Shown in pieces: positions 39,850 to 52,603 of a stretch of 64,000 nucleotides of DNA. Each line of letters starts with the position of its first letter. The first letter of the stretch is position 1. Under the pieces are notes generated by a model that made no database searches, had not been told where the DNA came from, and worked only from the letters and a program-made list of their open reading frames with translations. The position numbers and the translations under genes are program-made. Source of the DNA: Eledone cirrhosa (taxonomy: Eukaryota); the NCBI GenBank assembly GCA_964016885.1, contig OZ024743.1, positions 188,294,001-188,358,000 on the forward strand. Direction: 5' to 3'.

Positions 39850-41050
39850 TATGGGTTTAGCGAACATTTATTATAATGCTCGGTTTGTTTGTAAACAAAC
39901 AACCCAATTAAGCCGTACAGTGTTTAGCAACCATCGTTGCCCTTTTGTTCAACACTGACAAAGGAACGATGTACTAGTTTGAAGCTTATTAGCTATCGTC
40001 AGCACTGTATACCTTCCTGCCAGATGATTGAACGTCTGAAAGTATATACTTTCCGTTACGCAATGAAACATTCCCAGCATCGTTATGTAACTACCCTTGC
40101 AAACAAGACCTGGCAACTGAGGGAAAGTAACCATCAATACATCCAGAAGTGGAAAAAATTATCGAACGCGCCCCCATATCGGAGTGGTAGGAGAAGCTGT
40201 CGATTATGTGACCTTGAGCTGTTCCACATTTTGAGTTCGAAGAATAAGTTACTCAACAATAAAATCGAAAGATCAATTTATTGTGACCATAGACTCAAAG
40301 AAAATTTTCGCACTGCAAGTGCAAATCTAACCCTTAACCTCTTACTACAAACTGACAAACTGCATATTCTTAGACTTTATACCCTCTTATTGTATCTAAC
40401 CCCTTTAATTACCCACAAAAACCAGTACCTATATCCCTCCCTTCTACTTCATTCCTCTTCTATTTCTTCGTTTTCCTCCTTTCTTCCCTCCCTTTTTGGC
40501 TATCTTTTCTTTTTTTCTTTCTCCCCCTTTCTTTACTTTTATTTTTATCATTATTATTTTTATCTTTATTTTTTATATATATATTTATGTCTTTATATCT
40601 CCCCCCTCACCCTCTCGCTCTCTCTCCATCCCTCCCACTATGATCAATTTAATTCTCTTTAACTCACTACAATCGACAACATGAAGTCTACGTATCAAAA
40701 CTGATCAAGGAATCCTTCCACCTCTACCCCTCCCTCCATCTCAGTTTGTCACTCTACATCCTAACTCTTCTCCCTCTTCTTCTCTCTCTATACTATTCCG
40801 TTTGTCCCATCACTTTCTAATTCCTCTTCCTCTCTCTCTATACTAGTAAATACAATTCCACAAAAATGTTTTTCTCTATATATTAAGAACTATTTCAAGA
40901 GTAACTTACTCACTATTTTGAAAATTTGGACGTGAACAACAATTATAATTGAGTGGCTGCTATTTTCAGTATAGGAATATAAGGTTGCACTTACCAATGA
41001 AACGGTCGTAAATACCTGGATAAAGTCCTTCTCTTAATGCTTACGTGTGT
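39850..41050 (+). mobile_element. 3' fragment of a Naiad-type PLE (GIY-YIG) with decayed pLTR
   Basis: TTLANKTWQL..KW..APPY..RSCRLCDLE..LLN..E...CDHR parallels the three other Naiad C-termini. HHR remnant GAAA-CGGTCG-TA-AATACCTGGA near 40999-41020. Confidence 0.75.
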
Positions 41051-41052
41051 TT

Positions 41053-41150
<98 letters not shown>

Positions 41151-41221
41151 ATATATATAATATATATATATATATATAATATATATATATATAATATATA
41201 AAATATATATATATATAATAT

Positions 41222-41252
<31 letters not shown>

Positions 41253-41254
41253 TG

Positions 41255-44200
41255 ATTTCATTTATTAGCCACAAGGGGCGACATGTAGGGGACAATACAA
41301 AGACAGGGACAGTGGGGGTTTACAATAAGGTCGAGTAAAAGTGCACAATGGCAAGACTAATTTAACAATGAAAATATAAAAATATAAAATAAACTATGCA
41401 TAAATATAACAAAATAAATTCCCCGATAGGGGGTGGACGACCCTGGGGTCATTCGGGTACCCCACCAATCCTGAACCACCCTGCGCTTCTAGGGCATGAC
41501 ATGTTCAGCTTCCAGTAACCCGGTCCTAACCTACGCGTTTTATTTAGGTCGACTGTACAGATCACAAATTTGTGATCTGAATAGGCGACCGTTTTAAAAA
41601 GTGGACAGCCCACACTATTTTTATCTATTTTCCTAATGAAGATCCTGTCTATATACGATCTAGATGACTCCATTCGGTTGGTCCATGTCCATACTGGCAC
41701 ATTGGGGAAATCTAGTCGATACCTGTCAGACAGTTGGAACTGGCTGAGTAGGTGCTTGAGGCTTTTGCACCCCCCGTTCTTATCGGCTACTCCCACACAA
41801 TCCCAGCGTGCGTCTAAGATGCCATTCCAGTCCCCCGCTAACAGTAAAGGGCGAGATGTACCCAGAAAGGTCCCCAGGCGCCTAAAGAAGTCAGGTCGTC
41901 CGGCCCCTGTAGGGGCGTAGACGGCCAGCAGTCTAAAGGCACCGCCTTCGCTACTGCTCACATCCAAGACCACCAACTTACCGTCCGGGTCCCGGAAGAT
42001 CGACCTTACCTCGAGATCCAGTCCTTTCCTAAACAGCACTGCCACCCCACCCCCATTCCCGGCCTGCTAATAGATGCGAAGATCTGATAGTCGTCGAAAA
42101 TGGGGGCTAGTGCGGGCGTGTCGGAAATTCTGGTCTCGCTTACGGCAATCACATCCATTTCTAGCGACCGGAGGTCGTTGAGCAGGCGACCCTGCTTCCA
42201 GGGTGACCCCAGGCCGCGAACATTTAAACTTCCTACTCTTAATATGGCCATATTGGTAAACTAAGAGAGAGAGAAGGATGGTTTACTTACATCCCGGGTC
42301 TTGTGAAGGTCGGGTGGTTCGACCACCATGGTTGGTGGGGTTTCTTTTGGGAACCCCTTTAAAAGTCTTGATGTGGGTTTCACATTCGGAGTTCCCACGT
42401 CTTGAGGAAAGCTCTCTCGAATTTCTTTGAAGGAATTGTGTGACATTCGGACCAGAAGCAAATCTTCTGGCACGCAAAATGTGCTCATTTAAAAAAATCT
42501 CCCCCTCTGTTTGAATGTCCTCGCTTCGCGCTAAGAGGGCCATCAGTTTATCGTTGGCCCTTCTGACAAGCACGAAGTTTTTAACATTTTGTTGGTGTGG
42601 TTTTATTTGTTTTCGTTTTGGTGAAGGTCGTGGCGATGGTTTTGGTGGTGTTGTTTCGGGTATGTCTATGTTTGTTGTAGGTGTGGTGTCTGCAATTTCA
42701 GGTATTTGTGTGTTTATTTGTACTTGTGTTTGTTTAGGTTGTTTGCGTTTCGGGGATTGTGGAGGTGGTGTCGATGTTGCTGTTGGTGATGATGTTATTG
42801 GGGAAGTGTTTGCGTTAGTGGTGTCTGTATTTTTTGTTGTGTGTGTTTTTGTGTTTTGTTGGGGCTTTTTTTTTGTGAGTTTTCTCTGTTTTTTTGCACT
42901 TTTGGGTTTTCCTTCATATTCGCTGCTGGAAGACAAAGGGTCTGTGTCTGTGAGTGTCTCTGTGTCTGTGTGTGCGTTTATTGTTTTGTCTATGTGTATA
43001 ATTGGGGGGTAAGGGGAGTGGGAGAGCTTTCCTCGTTTTCTCCTTGGATTGGTTTTGGCGTTGGTGGTGAACCGGCTGCTTTTGATGTTGGTGTCCGTGT
43101 TTTTGTTGATGTTGATTTTGGTGGTAGTGGTGGTGCAGCTTTCCGTGCTGACACTGGCGTTGGCAACAAAGGAGGTTTGCGACCCCCTGCATTTTTGCGC
43201 TGAGGGCAGAAGGCTTGAAGATGCGTTGCTTCCCCGCAGACGAAGCAGCGTGGCCTTCTTCCGTCAATCATTAGTTGGATTGTTGTCCCATCCTGCAGGC
43301 AAAATCCGGGATGTTATTCATATCTTCCGGTTTCATTTGGAGAAGAATCTCCAAATCCATTCCGGACCAGTCCTCTCTCTCTGTCCTTTTGATGTCTAGG
43401 AGGGCAGTGTCTGTCCCCTCCTCGATTACGCATCTCAGCAGCCACCATATGTTCATTCCTGGTGGGATGTTGGGAATACGTACCTTCACTGTCCTTTTAC
43501 CCATATAGGACGGATGCATGATAATGCGTTCCGTTCTGCAGGGGGTCACCGAGTGCTTAATAGCGAGGGCCTCGGTTTTGAACAGTACCGAGATGGTACC
43601 GAACTGTTTGCCTCTTGCTTTGTACTCTATGTTACTTCCGATGTACTCCAAAGCAGCCTCTACCTCTGCTTGGCTCGCAAGTTCCACTTTTCATGTCTGC
43701 ACCGAAATACATCGAAAGAGCACCGTCCTCCTTTGCATCGCCGCTATTGCCTCGTCCGGGATGGTCAGGTTTTCCCAGGACTTCTCCCGTTTAATTAACC
43801 TCCACGCTTTGGCCAACTGTTCGTCTTTATCGCTAATATCAATATCAATATCAATATTCAATAAGCGCTTTGTTTTTGCTGCTGCTGCAGCCAATGTGAT
43901 GTTTCTGATGCTCTTATTGTTGTTGTTGTCATTCTTGCTGTTGCCACCGCCATCCTTGTTTACATTGAAGCTGTCGGTGTTATTGTCGTTATTGCTCTGA
44001 GTTGTTGTGGTGGCGGTGGTGGTGATGTCGTTTTCAGATGATACTGCTGCTATCACAGAAGGTTGTGATGATAGCTTTTGAGTTTTGCCTTCACATTCAG
44101 TAGAGTGGATGACAGGCATGACTGTAGCCGTCGTAGTCGTGGTGAAATCTGCAGTGGCTGCCTTTAAACTTTTGACCTGAACGTTGTTTACCATTTCAAG

Positions 44201-44260
44201 GTCGAAAATTTCCATAATTTTCTTTTGGTGGGGAAGCGATTTTTTTTTCGAAATTTTTAA
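41255..44260 (-). mobile_element. Tx1/L1-clade LINE, 5'-complete but internally deleted (RT missing)
   Basis: ORF1 pieces 44215-42283 with CCHC knuckle CFVCGEATHLQAFC. ORF2 from 42251: SLNVRGL, SET, AVYAP, GDWN, IDRIF, SDH, GPGYWKLN, then a jump to the 3' end. AATAAA plus (ATT)n tail; (AAT)n on both flanks. Confidence 0.88.
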
Positions 44261-44261
44261 A

Positions 44262-44322
<61 letters not shown>

Positions 44323-44325
<3 letters not shown>

Positions 44326-44510
44326 TTGAAGACTAAAATCCAAAGAGGGCTCGATAAGGATAAATATATATCAAATATATAAGAACCGTAGAGCAAATAT
44401 TTATTAAAATAACAGATTAAAGTTTAAGCAAAGAATCGCTGCTTTCACCCTTAACGGGATCTTATGAAACTAACAAAGTCAATCTGTAAACGCAGAAGTG
44501 GATATTTCAA
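44323..44510 (-). repeat. Naiad pLTR segment with variant hammerhead (44421-44471)
   Basis: Reverse complement of 56843-57030; HHR core reads CATAAGA here. Confidence 0.85.
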
Positions 44511-44709
44511 AAAACTTTGCAACCGGAGGAAGACAGGAAGACGATACTTTGGTTCCAGAAATGACGTAGCTTTTTCATTAAGCCAGTTGCCTCAACTAGA
44601 TTGCAATTATACTCAAAAGAACTTTAAAATGTCAATCACTTGTCAGTAATTCACTATGATCATTTAATTATTAGATAGTTGTTGCTTGCATTGCCTTAAA
44701 AAATAGTAG

Positions 44710-45757
44710 ACCAGATAGAAAAATGTGTACAGCAAAAAAAAGTAATATTGTTGGAATATAAACCTTTAAAAATACAGGACAAGAAACTAAAATAAAACTT
44801 TAAAAGAATAGGACAAGAAACTAAGATAAAACTTTAAAAGAATAGGACAAGAAACTAAGATAAAACTTTAAAGAATTGGACAAGAAATAAAAAATGTTAC
44901 AATAATATTAGTGGCAACATTTTTTTATTCGTTTCCTGTATCTTCTTGATTAGTGCATAATAATTGTCATGCTCTCATTGTGCGTTGCCCCTGAGCGGTT
45001 GGTTCTGGTTGGGGTTGGTTGGCTGAGCAGTTCTGCTCCGTCAGAATGACCATTGCAAGAAGAATTGGCCGATGCAGCTGCAGGTCTCATCCAAGAATGC
45101 ACTTCTGGTCCCGCAACACCAGACGAAGATGGAGAAGACGACAGGGACAAGATGTCGACTCTGACCACCGACTACGGCACCTCCCTCAACCACCGATCCT
45201 CCCTCCCTCTGTCCCGTCATCCCTCCAGTCCTCCTGCTCCCCCTTCCTGTGCCAGAAAGCTGTGGCACGCATTCATCTGGACTGCCGGACTTGAACTCAA
45301 GGACAAGATGCAAGGAGAAGATGGACGGGTTGGTCAAGATCAAGGATGAGCGGGACGACAAGACCGTCCGCTGCTGCTCAAGATCTGTGCTCATGGGCCC
45401 ATGGGTCCATTTACATTATGCATGACACATGAGGCGTGTCGCCGAATGATGAAATAGGGGTATGGTTATGGCTCAATTGGTGTTCAAACCAGGATCAAAT
45501 GATCCCCCGGTCTGACGACGACCTCTGAATGTGGAACCCAGAGCCTATGAATGTGGAACTCGATTTTTTACCAATAAAAATTTTGCCACTAATATTATTG
45601 TAAAATTTTTTATTTCTTGTCCAATTCTTTAAAGTTTTATCTTAGTTTCTTGTCCTATTCTTTTAAAGTTTTATTTTAGTTTTATGTCCTGTATTTTTAA
45701 AGGTTTATATTCCAACAATATTACTTTTTTTTTGCTGTACGCATTTTTCTATCTGGT
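44710..45757. mobile_element. Foldback-type element: ~190-220-bp inverted arms with 34-bp subrepeats around a GC-rich core
   Basis: Left arm 44710-44925 mirrors right arm ~45575-45757. Units GGACAAGAAACTAAGATAAAACTTTAAAAGAATA start at 44777, 44811, 44845 and 44878; the right arm has one fewer. Confidence 0.8.
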
Positions 45758-45765
45758 ATATATGT

Positions 45766-45855
<90 letters not shown>

Positions 45856-45873
45856 CTATATATATATTATATA

Positions 45874-45940
<67 letters not shown>

Positions 45941-45983
45941 TATATATATACATATATGTATGTAATATATATATATAATATAT

Positions 45984-46020
<37 letters not shown>

Positions 46021-46022
46021 TA

Positions 46023-46064
<42 letters not shown>

Positions 46065-46085
46065 TGATATATATATATGTATAAT

Positions 46086-46187
46086 ATATAGATGAGATTC
46101 TACAGGATTAGAACTGTTTCATTCTTTAGAAATCATATGATTTCTAAAGAATGAAACAGTTCTAGTCCTGTAGAATCTAATCTATAT
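46086..46187. repeat. 102-bp loopless palindrome centred in a hammerhead core
   Basis: Centre TCAT|ATGA (46136/46137). Right arm ATGA-T-TTC-TAAA-GAA-T-GAAA-CAG..CTG-TA-GAATCT, same family as the HHR at 49523. Confidence 0.85.
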
Positions 46188-46289
46188 TAAAACTTTTATA
46201 CTCTGCAATGTATTGAGTATCTTACTTACTGTGGTTACCTCTGATTCAACCCGGAATAACGTATGTATGATATATATATATATATATCA

Positions 46290-48194
46290 TACCCAAAAGT
46301 GTGTGCAGCCAGAGAACACCTGAAAGCTGCCAGGGACCAATTCTATGCTGATCCTACGGAGGAGAGGATGGAGACTGTGGAGGTGATGAGGGAAGAGCTC
46401 TGTACCGCTTACACTGAGGTCAGAGAGGAGGCACTGATAGAGAAGATCAGAAGTGTGGAGAGAGCGGTTGACAGATCTGGATGTAAAGAGAGCTGGATGA
46501 TCATCAACGAGATCACAGGGAGGAAGAAAAGGTGTTCGAGTCAGATCCAGGGAACGGGGCCCGAGGATAGGAAGAGGAAATGGCTAGACCATTTTAGGAC
46601 CCTACTAGGAGAGCCACCCTCCACAGCCCAGAGCACTGGGGAGATCAGGCGGCTGTTTGAGGAACTGGATGTTGAGACGGAGCCCTTCACCAGAGAGGAG
46701 CTTCAGAGAGCCAAGAAGAAGATCAAGGAGGGCAAGGCTCATGGAGAAGATGGAGTGGCATCAGAGGTGATGAAGAGGTGTGATTTTGATGATATCATCC
46801 TGGGGTTCTGTAACGGGGCACTGGAGAAAGGAGTTGCCCCGAATCAGTGGAGGATCAGTAACATCTTCCCAGTGCCAAAGAAGGGAGATCTCTCTAACAC
46901 CAACAACTACCGGGGGATCTCACTGACGTCACTTGTGGCAAAGACCCTCAACAGGATGATTCTTAACAGGATCCAGCCTGAGATGGAGAAGAAGCTCAGG
47001 GACAACCAGAACGGCTTCAGAGAGGGTAGATGAACCACCAGTCACATCCTGATGCTGAGGAGGATATTAGAGGGAGCTAGAGCAAAGTGCCTTCCTGCGG
47101 TCATGGTTTTCATTGACTTTAGGAAGGCCTTTGATTCTGTGGACCGTTACTGCCTGATGAAGATCTTACAGGCTTATGGAATCCCCAAGAGGATAGTGGA
47201 CCTGATATCACTGCTCTACACCAACACCAAAGCCCAAGTCATTACACCTGATGGGATGACAGAGTTCTTTGAGATACTGGCTGGAGTGCTCCAGGGAGAT
47301 ACATTGGCTCCCTACCTTTTTATCATCGTAGTGGACTATTGTATGCGCCTTGCACTGGAGAAACACCAGGACACTGGCTTTACTGTAGCACCGGCTCAGA
47401 GCAGGAGAGTTGGGGCGAAAAAGGTATCGGATGCTGAATTTGCCGAGGACATAGTTTTGGTGACAAATACAGTGAAGGAGGCAGAGGATTTGATGCGGGA
47501 GGTTGAGACTGTGTCGATGAGTGTGGGGCTGAGAATGAATGAGACTAAAACAAAATATCTGGTAGAGAATGTTGAGAAGCCAGAGGGATCACTAATGTAG
47601 GCGGGAAGCCGCTGGAATTGGTTGAGGACTTCCTGTATTTGGGAGCAAAGATTGGGAATGCGGAGGATGATGTGGTTGAGAGGAAGAGCAAGGCCTGGGC
47701 GGCGTGTCACAGCTTGAGGTCAGTGTGGAAGTCGGACCTTCGTAGAGACCTGAAAATCCGCCTCTTCATTGCTGTAGTGGAGTCTGTGCTGCTGTATGGG
47801 TCTGAGACTTGGACACTGACCAAGAGACTCACTCAGATGGTGGATGGGTGCTACACGAGAATGCTGAGGATGGCTCTGAACATTAATCAGTATACACTGA
47901 GGATGAAAAACTCAGAGCTGTATGGGAGCATCCCAAAAGTCAGCTCAAAAGTGACACAGAGGAGACTGAGGTTGGCTGGATATGCTCACCGATATCCAGA
48001 GTTGACATTGCACTCAGTGCGCCCTTAGGAGCCCCTACATTGACACACTAGAAGTGGAAGACCAAGGTTAACATATGTTGATGCCCTAAGGACAGACACT
48101 GGTCTGTTGGAGATGCAGGATATGGCAGCGATAATGAGAGACAGAGACCGCTGGAGAGAACTCGTCCATGGATCTCGGGAATTTTACCCGCCTT

Positions 48195-48196
<2 letters not shown>
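46290..48196 (+). pseudogene. 5'-truncated RTE-type LINE RT pseudogene (family distinct from 31127)
   Basis: NYRGISL, QNGFR, FIDFRKAFDSV, GVLQGDTLAPYLF, FAED (mutated catalytic motif), FLYLG, LLYGSETW. Stop at 47031-47033 and frameshifts near 47600 and 48020. Confidence 0.9.
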
Positions 48197-48269
<73 letters not shown>

Positions 48270-48595
48270 TAGATAGATAGATAGATAGATATGTATGTGT
48301 GTGTATGTATGTATATGTATATATGTATATATGTGTGTATGTATGTGTTTGTGTGTGTGTGTATGTATGTGTATGTATGTATGTGTGTGCATATGTATGT
48401 ATATGTATGTATAGTATAGTTTATACCGAGAGACATACATACATGTATGTGTGTATATATATATATGTGTATACGCACGTGTGTATGTGTAGATATATAT
48501 ATGTGTGTGTATGTGTATGCGTGTGTGTGTGTATATTTGTGTGTTTGTGTTTTTTCTTGTGTGTATATATATATATATATATATGTGTGTGTATG

Positions 48596-48639
<44 letters not shown>

Positions 48640-48752
48640 TATATATATATATGTATATATATAATGGAAAAATTTGAACAGGAACAAAACAGAGAGGCAG
48701 TGCAACGAATGTTTATTAATTTCACGCTCTGGAGAGTGAGGTGGTGGTGGGG

Positions 48753-48787
48753 AACGACGTTTCGGGCATAAGCCCTTCCTCAGGTGA
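48753..48787 (-). ncRNA. Minimal Penelope-type hammerhead motif (weak stem I)
   Basis: Minus strand: AC-CTGAGGA-A-GGGC-TTAT-GCCC-GAAA-CG-TC-GT. Confidence 0.65.
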
Positions 48788-48962
48788 GAAGTGTGTGGGA
48801 ACAGAGTTCAAAGGGTGTGTAGGGGACTGGTGGAGAGACATATAGCGAAAGGAAACGGTGCGAATGAAATTAAAAATAAAAATAAAAATAAAGCATGATC
48901 AAAATAAAAGGAATGAAATAAAAATAAATATAAAAGCATGATCAAAATAAACTGAAATTAAA

Positions 48963-49003
<41 letters not shown>

Positions 49004-49522
49004 GTGTGTGTATAGGTATGCATATATATATATGTGTGTGTAAGTGTTTATGTATGTGTTTGTGAGTATGTAAATATATTTTATTCTTTCAATTCTACAA
49101 AAACACTCTGGCCACCTGTGGCTTGTATGTTAACTTGACCACTCACCTCAGTCTGTCCCATGATTCAGTCTTGTTTATCTTCTATTACCAACCCACCTAA
49201 AAAAATTTCCCTACTATATTTCTGTTGAATTACTATTCTTGGGGTTTTTATTTATTTATTATTTTTTTTATTTATTTTTTTATTTGTTTATTCATTTATC
49301 TATTTATTCATTTATTTATTTATTTATTTACTTATTTATTTATTTCAAAAAAGCACTCTGGCTAATTGACCACTCCCCAAAGAAAAAACGGCCTGTGCCA
49401 TGTTGTGGTCCTGTGTATCTAAATACCATCCTACCCCAAAAAATCCACCACCCCCCGCCACTACCCCTCCCTTACCACTACCTAAATGTATAAATACCAG
49501 AACTTAATATGACACCCAGCTC

Positions 49523-49573
49523 AGCTTCCTGAAGATTTCATCTGAATGAAACAGTACTAGTCGTGTAGAAGCT
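49523..49573 (+). ncRNA. Type I hammerhead ribozyme with U10.1·U11.1
   Basis: AGCTTC-CTGAAGA-T-TTC-ATCT-GAA-T-GAAA-CAGTACTAGTCGTG-TA-GAAGCT. 6-bp stem I, GUA site. Confidence 0.8.
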
Positions 49574-49653
49574 CCTTCTATACAATAGAAAAATATATAT
49601 ATATGTATAATATATATATATATATTATATATATAATATATATATATATTATA

Positions 49654-49700
<47 letters not shown>

Positions 49701-49717
49701 TATATATATATTAATAT

Positions 49718-49782
<65 letters not shown>

Positions 49783-49835
49783 ATATATATATATATAATA
49801 TATAATTATATATATATATATATATAAATATATAT

Positions 49836-51300
49836 ATCTGAATCCAAAATTACGATAAAATGAATTAAATGAATTTAATCTAAATCGAAATCGTGGGTGC
49901 CATGACATAATGCATGCGCCATAAATCCTGGGAATTTAAGCTCAAAGATAAATCCGAGCATATTATAATAACTAGAGGTTGATTAACATATAAATATACA
50001 TGAATAATCACAGGAGATAATTTTTGCTCGTGTGTAACCACGCATAGCTAGTATAGATAATATTTACCTTTAAGTGTGATTAACCTTTCCTTGTATATAT
50101 CCCATTAAAGGGATATATTTCACCAATTAATCAGATTGTAAGTCACGGATAGTGGATATCATTGGATTGTCAGCAAGGAAAGTTTATTAATTTCCAGCTA
50201 TTCGTCCTTACAGAGTGAGTTCAAATCTTCAACTAGCCGTCACCACGTGTTTCGTCCACACAAGATAGCGGTTTCGTTTCAGTGGCGTGAATAGTTATTC
50301 GACAACTAGAAATATCAGTCAAATTCCCTTCAACATAAATAGCTCTACAATTAAGGAACCGTATATATATATCTAAATCCAAAATTACGATAAAATGAAT
50401 TAAATGAATTTAATCTAAATCGAAATCGTGGGTGCCATGACATAATGCATGCGCCATAAATCCTGGGAATTTAAGCTCAAAGATAAATCCGAGCATATTA
50501 TAATAACTAGAGGTTGATTGACATGTAAATATACATGAATAATCACAGGAGATAATTTTTGATCGCGTGTAACCACGCATAGCTAGTATAGATAATATTT
50601 ACCTTTAAGAGTGATTAACTTTCCTTGTATATATCCCATTAAAGGAATACATTTCACCAATTAATCAGATGGTAAGTCACGGATAGTGGATATCATTGGA
50701 TTGTCAGCAAGGAAAGTGATTATTCATGTATATTTATATGTTAATCAACCTCTAGTTATTATAATATGCTCGGATTTATCTTTGAGCTTAAATTCCCAGG
50801 ATTTATGGCGCATGCATTATGTCATGGCACCCACGATTTCGATTTAGATTAAATTCATTTAATTCATTTTATCGTAATTTTGGATTCAGATATATATATA
50901 TACGGCTCCTTAATTGTAGAGCTATTTCTGTTAAAGAGAATTTGGCTGCTATTTCTAGTTGTCGAATAACTATTCACGCCACTGAAACGAAACCGCTATC
51001 TTGTGTGCACGCAACACGTGGTGACGGCTAATTGAAGATTTGAACTCACTCTGTAAGGACGAATAGCTGGAAATTATTAAACTTTCCTTGCTGACAATCC
51101 AATGATATCCACTATCCGTGACTTACCATCTGATTAATTGGTGAAATATATTCCTTTACTGGGATATATACAAGGAAAGGTTAATCACTCTTAAAGGTAA
51201 ATATTATCTATACTAGCTATGCGTGGTTACACGCGAGCAAAAATTATCTCCTGTGATTATTCTTGTATATTTATATGTTAATCAACCTCGAGTTATTATA
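49836..51300. repeat. Tandem plus inverted array of a ~535-bp hammerhead-containing unit
   Basis: Unit starts at 49841 and 50376; orientation flips at ~50717. HHR CTTTCCTTG-CTGACAA-T-CCAAT..ATTGG-T-GAAA-TATAT(C/T)CC..GGGATATA-TA-CAAGGAAAG at 50085-50182 (-), 50619-50716 (-) and 51082-51179 (+). Confidence 0.9.
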
Positions 51301-51493
51301 AATATATATATATATAATATATATAAATATATATATATATATTATATATAAATATATATATTATATATATATATATTATATATATATTATATATATTATA
51401 TATATAATTATATATATTATATATATATATATATATTATATATATATATATATTATATATTTATATATTATATATATATATATTATATATATA

Positions 51494-52181
51494 TGAAAAA
51501 ATGGGGAGAAGAATACTGCTGGTTGCACATGGATAACATGTTATAAAATGAGTCGCTCATCAGTGATTTGCCGATGATCATAGATATTTCATTGCATTAA
51601 AAATCATATACCTCACGTCGGTGCAATAATAACTAAATTAAGTTATTAGGACAATTAAAACGCGTAAAGCGAGTGAGACAAGTGAACAACAAAGAGGAAA
51701 GCTAACCGTAGAGAGGAAGAGAACAAGCTACATAGTTATTCTGTTAGCATAAGCTAGGTGAATATATGAGCGCTTAGAAAAAAGACCTTTCGAGATGAAT
51801 CCAAATGTAAGAAAGAAGGAAAATGTATTCGTCGCGAACGGGGTGAAGTGAGAAGGGGAGAAACAGTGAGTGAGTGAGTGGAAGTGTGAGGAAGAGTTAA
51901 CTGACATGACAGAGGGGGCGAAAGAAAGTAGGAGAAACAGAGTGAACGAGAAAGCAGTAAGAGAGAGAGAGAGAAAAACAGAATCGCAGTTTAGGTAAAT
52001 ATATGTGAAAAAATGGGGAGAAGAATACTGCAGGTTGCACATGGATAACATGTTATAAAATGAGTCCCTCATCAGTGATTTGCCGACGATCATAGATATT
52101 TCATTGCATTAAAAATCATATATCGCACGTCGGTGCAATAATAACTAAATTAAGTTATTAGGACAATTAAAACGCTTAAAG
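51494..52181. repeat. ~175-bp direct repeats (51494-51670 and 52005-52181) flanking a purine-rich spacer
   Basis: Near-identical TGAAAAAATGGGGAGAAG...GGACAATTAAAACGC blocks, bounded by (TA)n. Confidence 0.8.
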
Positions 52182-52340
52182 ATATATATATATATATTAT
52201 ATATATATATATTATATATATATATATATATTATATATATATATTATATATATATATATATATTATATATATATATTATATATATATATATTATATATAT
52301 ATATTATATATATATATATTATATATATATATATTATATA

Positions 52341-52383
<43 letters not shown>

Positions 52384-52540
52384 ATATATATTATATATAT
52401 ATATATTATATATATATATTATATATATATATATTATATATATATATATATATTATATATATATATTATATATATATATTATATATATATATATTATATA
52501 TATATATATATTATATATATATATATATATTATATATATA

Positions 52541-52587
<47 letters not shown>

Positions 52588-52603
52588 ATTATATATATAT
52601 ATT

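Noticed and set aside
44777-44900. 34-bp repeats as a possible CRISPR array
   Set aside because: They are contiguous tandem units without unique spacers, mirrored in the other arm, in eukaryotic DNA with no cas genes.
47031-47033. TGA in the RTE ORF (and at 43691 in Tx1 ORF1) as programmed readthrough
   Set aside because: Both elements carry other disabling lesions, so these are ordinary nonsense mutations.
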